Part shown: positions 1 to 9,574 of the stretch, piece after piece | Layout: each line of letters opens with the position of its first letter | Numbering within the stretch: the stretch's first letter is position 1 | Notes under the pieces: model-generated | Told to the model about the DNA's origin: nothing | Databases searched by the model: none | The model's input: only the letters and a program-made list of their open reading frames with translations | Position numbers and translations under genes: made by a program | Source of the DNA: Gemmatimonadota bacterium | GTDB lineage: Bacteria; Gemmatimonadota; Gemmatimonadetes; Gemmatimonadales; GWC2-71-9 | Reading direction: 5' to 3' | Assembly (NCBI GenBank): GCA_041484445.1 | Contig: JBGPHP010000003.1 | Coordinates: 1-49,644 of the forward strand | Length of the DNA stretch: 49,644 bases

Positions 1-234
1 GCCCGGGGATCTACCTGAACCAGCTTTGAAACGTCGCGCCCCAGGGCAGGGTCGGTAGTGTTCACAGCCACGGCGTCGGGTTCCTCGTCGCAGGAGTCCA
101 TCGTCGCGGCGCCGCTGCGCCGCAGGGTCGGAGCCTGGCCAATGCAGGGATCGGGCCTGCTAGCTCCGCATGCTGTAGGCGGTTGTCGCAACGGCATCTA
201 TGGTTGCTGCAACGCCACAAGTCGTTGCTATGGA

Positions 235-270
235 GCATCACTTTGTTGCGTAAATGCAACAAAGTGATGC
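235..270. promoter_or_regulatory. Perfect 15-bp inverted repeat, candidate activator-binding site upstream of the polysaccharide operon
   Basis: GCATCACTTTGTTGC-GTAAAT-GCAACAAAGTGATGC in an AT-richer intergenic region upstream of wzc. Confidence 0.55.
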
Positions 271-310
271 GTTCCGCAAGGTCTACGAAGGACCCGGTGG
301 GAGGTTACAG

Positions 311-327
311 TTGGGAAGTGCGTTGCA
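311..327 (+). promoter_or_regulatory. Candidate sigma-54 (-24/-12) promoter
   Basis: TTGGGAAGTGCGTTGCA: GG(313-314)-N10-GC(325-326), two mismatches to TGGCACG-N4-TTGCW. Confidence 0.4.
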
Positions 328-354
328 ATTGTATCTCCCGCAGCGGTCTAGACC

Positions 355-388
355 TTGCAACGTCCGTTGTGCGCTATACCGTATAGCG
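355..388 (+). promoter_or_regulatory. Candidate sigma-70 promoter overlapped by an 8-1-8 palindrome
   Basis: TTGCAA(355-360)-N16-TACCGT(377-382); palindrome CGCTATAC-C-GTATAGCG at 372-388. Confidence 0.35.
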
Positions 389-457
389 GCTTCGTCGCGT
401 TTCCCTTGGCCTGGGCCCATCGGGTACCCCGGCCATTCAGTTTGAGGTCTCTGCCAC

Positions 458-2845
458 ATGCCGAATGACCTGCCGGTCCCGCCACCGGTCCCGCAGCCCG
501 TCCCCCAGCCAACGGCGCTGCAGACCAGTTACGGGCATCCGGCCCCTACGCTGTACGGCGACGCCCACCTCCCCGGCGGTGGTCCGGATTGGCGCCGCAT
601 CGTGGCGTCGGTCATGCGATTCAAGTGGCTCGTCCTGGCCGTCGTGGTGCTCGGCACCGGGGCGGGGTACGCGCTCAGCCGATTTCTGATCAAGCCCGGA
701 TACCTGGCGCGCGCCCGGATCTGGGTTGACGTGCAGGATCCCTCCAGCCGACAGCCCCAGCCGTTCATCGTCAGTCCGAACCTGTCGATTTCCACCGGCT
801 GGAACGACCTGCTGCAGTCCGACGCCGTGATGGACTGGGTGGTGCGCGAGGATCGTCTCTACCTCGGGTGGGAGAATGCGGCGGACTCGACGGCGTTTGC
901 GGCGTTCAGCCTCCAGGAGCGCTTCCGCATCGGGGCGTATACGCTCACGGTCGACAGCGCCGGGAAGAAGTACGCGCTCGCCGGGGAAGACGGTTCCACG
1001 GTCGAAAGCGGAGCGGTGGGCGATTCGATCGGTCGCGGTCTGGGGTGGGTCTGGGCACCGCCGGTGGCGTCGCTCCCCAAGGGGCACGTGATCAACTTCT
1101 CCGTGACGCCGCCGCACGAGACGGCGTTGTCCATCGCTGCGGCGATGAGCGTGCGGGAAGACGAGAACGGCAACTTCATGGTGCTCGAGCTCAAAGACCA
1201 GGATCCGGAGTTCGCGGCCGGGACGTTGAACGCCATCGCCGAACGCTTCGTCGCGCAAGCGGCGGACATGAAAAAGCAGAAGCTGCACGAGCTGACGGGC
1301 ATCCTGAACCAGCGGCTCAACGAAGGCCGTGGGAAGCTGGCGGGGGCGGAAGCGGCGCTCCGCGCCTTCCGGGTGCGCTCGGCGACCCAGCTCGCGCTCA
1401 GCAACAACGGCCAGATCGACACGCGCGATCCGTCCGCCAACGCGTTCTTCACAAACCGGATGGCGCTCGATCAGGTACAGCAGGATCGGCAGGTGATCGA
1501 GCGCGTGCTGACGTCGGCCCCCGATTCCGGGCTGCGCGCCGAGGAGCTGGAAAACGTCCCGTCCGTGCAGCATTCGACCACGATGGCGGCCGCGCTGCGG
1601 GAGCTGACGGACAAACAGGCCAACCTCCGTACGCTGCGCTACCGCTATACGGACGAGCAGCCGTCGGTGCGCAAGCTGATCACGGACATCGACGAGCTCC
1701 AGAAGCGCACGATTCCCCAGCTGGCGCAGGGACTCGTGGCCGAGCTGCAGGTACGGGAGAACGATCTCCGCCGCCAGATTGCCACCGGGTCATCGACCCT
1801 GGCGGGTATCCCATCGCTCGCGATCGACGATGCGATGCTCCAACGCGACGTGACGACCGCCGAGCAAACCCTGTCAGGGATTCAACAGAGCTACGACCAG
1901 GTGCGCCTGGCCGAGATGAGCGCGCTCCCGGACCTGAAAATCCTCGATCCAGCGGTCGTCCCGATGCGGCCGGTGGGAACGCTTGCGCCGGTACTCATCG
2001 TACTGGCGTTCCTTGGAAGTCTCGGGGCCGGGGTCGTCGGTGCCGTGCTGCTGGACCGCACCGACACGCGGTTCCGCTATCCCGAACAGGTCACCGCCGA
2101 CATGGGGCTCACGATCCTCGGCGTCGTGCCGCGGGTGAGCCGCGAGAACGGCAACGGGCGCAACGCGCCCCAGGTGATCGAGGCGCTGCGCTCCATTCGG
2201 CTCGGCGTGCAGAACGCCTATGGCGCGGGACCGATGGTCCTGACGATTACGAGCCCGGGCTCGAGCGACGGGAAATCGTTCATCACCTCGAACCTCGGCC
2301 TCGCCTTCGCCGACGCCGGGTTGCGCACCATCGTGATCGACGGCGACATCCGCCGGGGGCTGCTGCACCGCGTACTGAACGCGAAGCGGAAGCCGGGACT
2401 CATCGATCACCTGGGCGGCAACGCCGGTCGGGAAGACATCATCCAGAAGACCGATTTCCCCCAGCTGAGCTTCATCGGCTGCGGGCAGCGGACGCCGAAC
2501 GGGCCGGAGCTCCTGAGCTCCCCGGCCATGGGACAGCTGCTCACCTCGTTGCGGTCCCGCTTCGACGTGATCCTGGTGGACTCGGCGCCGATGGCGGCCG
2601 GGGTGGATCCCTACGTGCTGGGAACGCTGACGGGCAATCTCCTCCTGGTGATGCGCACCGGCGTCACCGACCGCGAGCTGGCGCAGGCGAAGATCGACCT
2701 GCTCGACCGGCTGCCGGTGCGGGTGTTGGGCGCGGTGTTGAATGACGTCGAAGCGGGCGGCGCGTACCGCTACTACGCCTACTATCTGGCCGGGTACGAA
2801 GTCGCCGAGGAAGACGCCGAGAAGAAGTTGGTCCGCCCGGGCTGA
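458..2845 (+). CDS. wzc: Polysaccharide co-polymerase / BY tyrosine kinase (Wzc/GumC family)
   Basis: Two TM helices flanking a coiled-coil periplasmic region; Walker A SPGSSDGKS, Walker A' VIDGDIRR, Walker B LVDSAP, C-terminal Tyr cluster AYRYYAYYLAGY. Confidence 0.93.
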   Translation: MPNDLPVPPPVPQPVPQPTALQTSYGHPAPTLYGDAHLPGGGPDWRRIVASVMRFKWLVLAVVVLGTGAGYALSRFLIKPGYLARARIWVDVQDPSSRQPQPFIVSPNLSISTGWNDLLQSDAVMDWVVREDRLYLGWENAADSTAFAAFSLQERFRIGAYTLTVDSAGKKYALAGEDGSTVESGAVGDSIGRGLGWVWAPPVASLPKGHVINFSVTPPHETALSIAAAMSVREDENGNFMVLELKDQDPEFAAGTLNAIAERFVAQAADMKKQKLHELTGILNQRLNEGRGKLAGAEAALRAFRVRSATQLALSNNGQIDTRDPSANAFFTNRMALDQVQQDRQVIERVLTSAPDSGLRAEELENVPSVQHSTTMAAALRELTDKQANLRTLRYRYTDEQPSVRKLITDIDELQKRTIPQLAQGLVAELQVRENDLRRQIATGSSTLAGIPSLAIDDAMLQRDVTTAEQTLSGIQQSYDQVRLAEMSALPDLKILDPAVVPMRPVGTLAPVLIVLAFLGSLGAGVVGAVLLDRTDTRFRYPEQVTADMGLTILGVVPRVSRENGNGRNAPQVIEALRSIRLGVQNAYGAGPMVLTITSPGSSDGKSFITSNLGLAFADAGLRTIVIDGDIRRGLLHRVLNAKRKPGLIDHLGGNAGREDIIQKTDFPQLSFIGCGQRTPNGPELLSSPAMGQLLTSLRSRFDVILVDSAPMAAGVDPYVLGTLTGNLLLVMRTGVTDRELAQAKIDLLDRLPVRVLGAVLNDVEAGGAYRYYAYYLAGYEVAEEDAEKKLVRPG

Positions 2846-2902
2846 CGGCTGGCCCCAAACTTGAAGTGAATTCTGCGAACGGCTCGGGGGGGACTCTAGG
2901 CG

Positions 2903-4732
<1,830 letters not shown>

Positions 4733-4765
4733 CGAACCGGTTCCCGAACCCTTATCCTAGACTCC

Positions 4766-5563
4766 ATGATCCGGATGCGTTGCGCCGCCCTCGGGGCGGC
4801 TCTGTTGCTCGTCGCGGGAGGAGCGCCGCTCGCCGGCCAGGCGGCGGCCGAGAGCGCCTTCTACAAGCTCACGATCTCGCGCGACAGCCTCCAGTCGCTG
4901 CTCGCCCAGCTGGATTCCGCGACGGACTCCGCCTCGACGGTGAGCGCCGCGGTGAAAGCCCGCTCGCGCACGGTGGCGGGGATGATCCGCAACCGGCTCG
5001 ACCGCGGTGATTTCAATCCGTGCGATCGGATTCGCCTGCAGGTGGACAGTGAACCGCAGCTCAACGACACCTTCCCCGTGGGCCCCAATCAGGAGCTCGT
5101 GCTGCCGGTGGTGGGCGTGATTTCGCTCCACGGGGTGGTGCGCGCCGACCTGCAGGCCGCGATGACGCGGGAGTTGTCGCGGATGCTGCGCGATCCCATC
5201 GTACGGGCGACGGCGTTGATCCGGGTATCGGTGATCGGGGAAGTGAACAAGCCGGGCTTTTATCTCCTGCCGCCCACGTCGGTCGTGTCCGACGCGCTCA
5301 CGGCTGCGAGCGGTCCGACGCAGAACGCGCGGGTGGAGAAGATGTACGTCGAGCGGGCCGGGCGCCGCCTGATCGAGGGACAACCATTCCAGCAGCTGAT
5401 TGCGGAAGGCCGCACCCTGGATGACGCCAATATTCGTCCGGGGGACAAGATCGTGGTGCCGATGCAGAACCAGGGGAGCTTCTTCAATACGGTGCGGACG
5501 GTCTCCATCATCTTGAGCATTCCGCTGACCATCTATGCCTTGACGCAGGTCTTTAAGAAGTAG
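4766..5563 (+). CDS. Short OPX polysaccharide export protein (Poly_export + one SLBB, C-terminal hydrophobic helix)
   Basis: Signal peptide, PES-like region (DRIRLQV...LVLPVVGVISLHG), SLBB motif VSVIGEVNKPG, IRPGDKIVVP, hydrophobic C-terminus. Confidence 0.8.
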   Translation: MIRMRCAALGAALLLVAGGAPLAGQAAAESAFYKLTISRDSLQSLLAQLDSATDSASTVSAAVKARSRTVAGMIRNRLDRGDFNPCDRIRLQVDSEPQLNDTFPVGPNQELVLPVVGVISLHGVVRADLQAAMTRELSRMLRDPIVRATALIRVSVIGEVNKPGFYLLPPTSVVSDALTAASGPTQNARVEKMYVERAGRRLIEGQPFQQLIAEGRTLDDANIRPGDKIVVPMQNQGSFFNTVRTVSIILSIPLTIYALTQVFKK

Positions 5564-5592
5564 GCTTTTCCACCTTTCCACATCACAAATCC

Positions 5593-5626
5593 ACCGCGTC
5601 ACACGCCTTCGGGCGCGTGACGCGGT
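5593..5626 (+). other. Strong hairpin with cUUCGg tetraloop (RNA stabiliser/attenuator candidate)
   Basis: ACCGCGTCACACGCC-TTCG-GGCGCGTGACGCGGT, 14 of 15 pairs; no immediate U-tract. Confidence 0.5.
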
Positions 5627-5769
5627 CGGCGTTTGGCGGGGTATTAACTGGGCCCCTCGGGATCTGTCCGAGAGGCAGGGGTCGTGGAAAAGCTAGGCAA
5701 ATCGTTGTCCGGCCTGTAAATTGACCGTCCCCGGTCCGACACAGGTTTTCCACAAGGAGCCGTCCGCTC

Positions 5770-7314
5770 GTGGAAGCGACAAGAGCTTCGGCCGACGCGG
5801 TTACGCCCGAGCCAGCGGCTAAACGGGGGCGGCGATGGCTGACGCCGCCACCGGGATCGCGTGCGCGGCTGCAGCTCGACCTGCAGCGTCGGGCCCAGTA
5901 CAACCTGCGGCGCCATGTGCTGCGGGCGGCATTCCGTTTCGCGGTGTTGGTCCTGGCGGATCTCGGCTCGTTCGGGGTGATGCGTGCCCTGATCCGCGCC
6001 CTGCGCGACGAGGCTGTGCTGGGGGACTGGATCGCCCAGCGACTGAGCACGGCGTTGCCGGCGGGGATCCTCAACGGGTGGCAATATGCCGCGGCGCTGT
6101 TCGTCGCCCTGCTCGTCCTAGGCTGTTACGGGGCGGGCGACCGGCGGCGCGATGCGCACCGCCTGTTCGCCGCGTCCGCGCTGGCGACCGCCCTGCCACT
6201 CTGGATGACCATCTGGACCCGCGGACTGGACGTCGTCCTGCTGCAGTATGCGGTGACGGCGACCTTGGTCTGGCTGGGACTGCTGTCGGAGCGGTGGACG
6301 GTGGACCGGGTGGTGGATTGGGTGCGTCCGCCGGAGCGAACCGCGGCGCGGATGCTGTTCGTGGGTCGTGCGGAGGATTGCGCGGCGGTGGCCGAGAATC
6401 CGGCGTTCCGCGATCCGCGGGAGTTTGCGTCGGTGGGGTTCGTGGACCTGCGCGTGCCGCCTTCACCCGAGTCGCGGGGGCACTTGGTGGAGCTGGCCCG
6501 CGTGCTGCACGATTCGCGAGCGGAGACTGTGGTGGTGTGTGGGCAGCCGAGCGACATGCAGCTCGAGGACGTGGCGCGCGCCGCGCTGGCGGCGGGGTGC
6601 CAGCTGTTGGAGCTGCCGCGGGGCGTGGACATTCCCGGTGTCCTGCCGGGGATCATGTGGCGGCGCGGGCAGCCGCTCGTGACGCTGACGGCGCCGACCC
6701 TCAAGGGCTGGCAGCTCGTGGTGAAGCGGGTGGTGGACCTGGTGGGTGCCGCGTGTGGCCTCGCGATCGCGGCGCCCGTCATGGGGATCGTCGCCATCGC
6801 CGTGAAACTGGATTCGCCCGGGCCAATGTTGTTTCGGCAGGAGCGGTTGGGGCAGGGGGGGCGCCGGTTCAGGATCACCAAGTTCCGTACGATGGTGCTG
6901 GACGCCGATCGGAAGCAGGAGGGGTTGCGCTCCCGGAGCCTGTACAACGACGGGCGGTTGTTCAAGGTGCCGGACGATCCGCGGATCACCCGGGTCGGCC
7001 GGTGGCTACGTCGCTCGAGTCTCGACGAGCTGCCTCAGCTGGTGAACGTGCTCCTGGGGGAGATGTCCCTGGTCGGGCCGCGACCGCCGCTGCCTTGTGA
7101 GGTCGAGCTCTACGAGACGCACCACTATGCGCGATTCGATGTGAAACCCGGCCTGACCGGTCCGTGGCAGGTCGGCGGACGAAACGACATCGTGGACTTC
7201 GAAGAGGTCGTCCGGTTGGAGACGGCGTACATCCGAGAGTGGTCCCTCTGGGCGGACGTCTCCATCCTCCTTTCCACGATTCCTGCCGTGTTCCGGATGC
7301 GCGGGGCGCATTGA
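5770..7314 (+). CDS. Priming undecaprenyl-phosphate phosphoglycosyl transferase (WcaJ/WbaP-type large monoPGT)
   Basis: N-terminal TM bundle; C-terminal Bac_transf motifs KRVVDL, KFRTM, DDPRITRVG, SLDELPQL, GEMSLVGPRP; AAGGAG at 5754-5759. Confidence 0.92.
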   Translation: MEATRASADAVTPEPAAKRGRRWLTPPPGSRARLQLDLQRRAQYNLRRHVLRAAFRFAVLVLADLGSFGVMRALIRALRDEAVLGDWIAQRLSTALPAGILNGWQYAAALFVALLVLGCYGAGDRRRDAHRLFAASALATALPLWMTIWTRGLDVVLLQYAVTATLVWLGLLSERWTVDRVVDWVRPPERTAARMLFVGRAEDCAAVAENPAFRDPREFASVGFVDLRVPPSPESRGHLVELARVLHDSRAETVVVCGQPSDMQLEDVARAALAAGCQLLELPRGVDIPGVLPGIMWRRGQPLVTLTAPTLKGWQLVVKRVVDLVGAACGLAIAAPVMGIVAIAVKLDSPGPMLFRQERLGQGGRRFRITKFRTMVLDADRKQEGLRSRSLYNDGRLFKVPDDPRITRVGRWLRRSSLDELPQLVNVLLGEMSLVGPRPPLPCEVELYETHHYARFDVKPGLTGPWQVGGRNDIVDFEEVVRLETAYIREWSLWADVSILLSTIPAVFRMRGAH

Positions 7315-7390
7315 CCGTTCTGGCCGACCGTCACCCCCACACGTCCGCGTCGATTCAGGGTTTCACTCCGTAGCGCCGGAGTCGAGTTCC

Positions 7391-8497
7391 GTGCCCCGCG
7401 CAATCCGTTCGATAGTTTCGGTGGTCGGCGCCCGGCCGAATTTCATGAAGCTGGCGCCGGTGGCCCGCGCCTTGGGCGCTCGAATCGGTATCGCGCACCG
7501 CGTGGTGCACACGGGCCAGCACTACGACCCCACCATGTCCGAGACGTTCTTCCGAGATCTTGGATTGCCTGCACCCGCGATCGACCTCGAAGTCGGATCC
7601 GGCAGCCACGCTCAGCAGACCGCCCTCGTCATGGAACGGCTTGAGCCCGTTCTCAGCGGCGACCCGCCGGATCTCCTGCTGGTCTACGGAGACGTCAATT
7701 CGACGGTCGCCGCGGCGCTGGTCGCCGCAAAGCTCGGCGTCCGGATCGGTCACGTCGAGGCCGGATTGCGCAGCGGAGACCGTTCGATGCCGGAGGAGAT
7801 CAACCGGATCGTCACCGATCGGCTGGCGGATTTCCTGTTCGCGCCGAGCCGAGAGGCGATCGACCACCTCCGGGCCGAAGGGGAGCCGGTCGAAGAGATC
7901 CACTTCGTAGGCAATGTCATGATCGACTCGGTGGCGGCGTCGCTTCCGGCCGCGAAAGCGCTGAACGTGCCGGCAGCATTGGGCGTGGCCGGCCGGCCAT
8001 ACACGGTGGTCACGCTGCATCGGCCGTCCAACGTCGACGACCCGGGTACGTTGCGAGATCTCATCGGAGGATTGGACGGTGTCGCCGAGATGTGTCCGGT
8101 GCTCTTCCCCATGCACCCGCGCACTCGGGAGGGTTACCGAGGGGCGCTCGAGGGGAGGCGCAACGGGGGTCTACGGGTGCTCGAACCCATGAGCTACCTG
8201 GAAATGCTCGGCCTCGTCGCGTCCGCGGCACTCGTGGTCACCGATTCGGGTGGTTTGCAGGAGGAGACGTCGTACCTCGGCGTGCCCTGCCTCACGGTGC
8301 GGTCCAATACCGAGCGCCCCGTGACGTGCACAGTCGGTACGAACCGTCTCGTCGCGCCCGATGGGGCAACCCTGCGTGAGGCCGCGCGGGCGTCGCTGGA
8401 GGCGGGACGACGCGAGCCCCGACCGATCGAGCGCTGGGATGGGAACGCGGCCCAGCGGATCGTGGCCGTGCTGCTCGATGGAGCACGGTTCGTTTGA
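7391..8497 (+). CDS. wecB: UDP-N-acetylglucosamine 2-epimerase (non-hydrolysing), WecB/WbpI type
   Basis: VVGARPNFMK, HTGQHYD, HVEAGLRS, MPEEINR, TDSGGLQEE, TERP motifs. Confidence 0.93.
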   Translation: MPRAIRSIVSVVGARPNFMKLAPVARALGARIGIAHRVVHTGQHYDPTMSETFFRDLGLPAPAIDLEVGSGSHAQQTALVMERLEPVLSGDPPDLLLVYGDVNSTVAAALVAAKLGVRIGHVEAGLRSGDRSMPEEINRIVTDRLADFLFAPSREAIDHLRAEGEPVEEIHFVGNVMIDSVAASLPAAKALNVPAALGVAGRPYTVVTLHRPSNVDDPGTLRDLIGGLDGVAEMCPVLFPMHPRTREGYRGALEGRRNGGLRVLEPMSYLEMLGLVASAALVVTDSGGLQEETSYLGVPCLTVRSNTERPVTCTVGTNRLVAPDGATLREAARASLEAGRREPRPIERWDGNAAQRIVAVLLDGARFV

Positions 8498-9570
8498 CGC
8501 CGGTACCGACGCCCATCCGCGACGGCTGGTTGTGGGTGGATCTCGAGAACACCCCACACGTGCTCTTTCTCGAGCCGGTCATTGCGCGCCTGCGGACGCA
8601 GGGGTGGCAGGTGCGGATCACGGCGAAGCCGCAGTCGCAAACGCTGGCGCTGGCGCAGTCCCGCGGCATGGTGGTGGAGCGGATCGGGGCGGGCGACCTG
8701 GTGGGGCGTCCATGGAAGATCTTTGGCGGCCTCCACCGTGCGGTCCAGCTGACGCAATGGGTGCGAAGGCAGCGAAGGCCATCCCTGCTGGTCTGCAGCT
8801 CCCGGACGGCAGCCCTCGCGGCGTATCTCCTAGGGATCCCCGTCGTGGGCCTGCTGGACTACGAGCATGCGGAGCATCGAACGCTCGTGCTGGCGAGCCG
8901 GACGCTGTGGTTGCCCGACGTGCTGCAGCCGATCCGTCTGCCGAGAGCCACGCGCCGCGTGGCGCGATTCTACGCGGGTCTCAAGGAGAATCTCTATCTG
9001 GACGCGATGACGCCGGACCGCCAAGCGGAGCGCGCGGCGATCGGGATCGCGCCGACGGAGCGCTTGGTGGTCACACGGCCTCCCGCCACCAGCGCACACT
9101 ATGCGGCGGATCACAACTATAGCATCTGGCTGGCGGCGATTCGGGGCGTCGCGGCGTTGCCGGACGTTCAGATCGTCGTCGTGCCGCGAAACCCGGAGCA
9201 GGAACGACAGGTCAGTCGCGATCTCGACTCGATCACCGTCGCGCGCGTGTTGCGGGACATCGTGTCGGGGCCGAACCTCATCGCGGCGGCTGATCTCGTG
9301 ATCGGGGGCGGCGGCACGATGAACCGGGAGGCTGCGGTCCTCGGCGTCCCGGTGTGGAGTGTGTTCACCGGCCCTACACCGGCGATCGACGAGCAGCTGG
9401 CTCGCGAGGGGAGGCTGCGCTGGGTGCGCTCCCCGCCCGAGCTCTCGGCCGCGTTGCGCGACGGACTCCCGCCGCGTTGCCAGGGGCGCGGTCCGTTTCC
9501 CGCGGGTCTCGCCGCGATCGTTGCCGAGATCGAGCGCACCGTGGCGTCCGAGCGGCCGGGGCCGGTCTGA
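8494..9570 (+). CDS. DUF354-family protein (GT-B fold)
   Basis: WVDLENTPHVLF N-terminus and GGGGTMNREAAVLGVP motif; TTGA overlap with wecB. Confidence 0.8.
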   Translation: MTPVPTPIRDGWLWVDLENTPHVLFLEPVIARLRTQGWQVRITAKPQSQTLALAQSRGMVVERIGAGDLVGRPWKIFGGLHRAVQLTQWVRRQRRPSLLVCSSRTAALAAYLLGIPVVGLLDYEHAEHRTLVLASRTLWLPDVLQPIRLPRATRRVARFYAGLKENLYLDAMTPDRQAERAAIGIAPTERLVVTRPPATSAHYAADHNYSIWLAAIRGVAALPDVQIVVVPRNPEQERQVSRDLDSITVARVLRDIVSGPNLIAAADLVIGGGGTMNREAAVLGVPVWSVFTGPTPAIDEQLAREGRLRWVRSPPELSAALRDGLPPRCQGRGPFPAGLAAIVAEIERTVASERPGPV

Positions 9571-9574
9571 CCTG

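Noticed and set aside
1-445. Short ORFs before wzc
   Set aside because: No motifs and atypical composition; better explained as regulatory DNA. A possible gene tail ending at TGA 27-29 is too short to call.
473-511. 12-nt repeats at the start of wzc
   Set aside because: Codon-phased PVPQ/PVPP peptide repeat, unlike the 7/8-nt arrays.
2846-2902. glmS ribozyme
   Set aside because: Spacer is only 57 nt and has no ribozyme core.
5564-5759. oriC or JUMPstart/ops element
   Set aside because: Only one near-consensus DnaA box, no AT-rich unwinding region, mid-operon location; no GGCGGTAG ops core.
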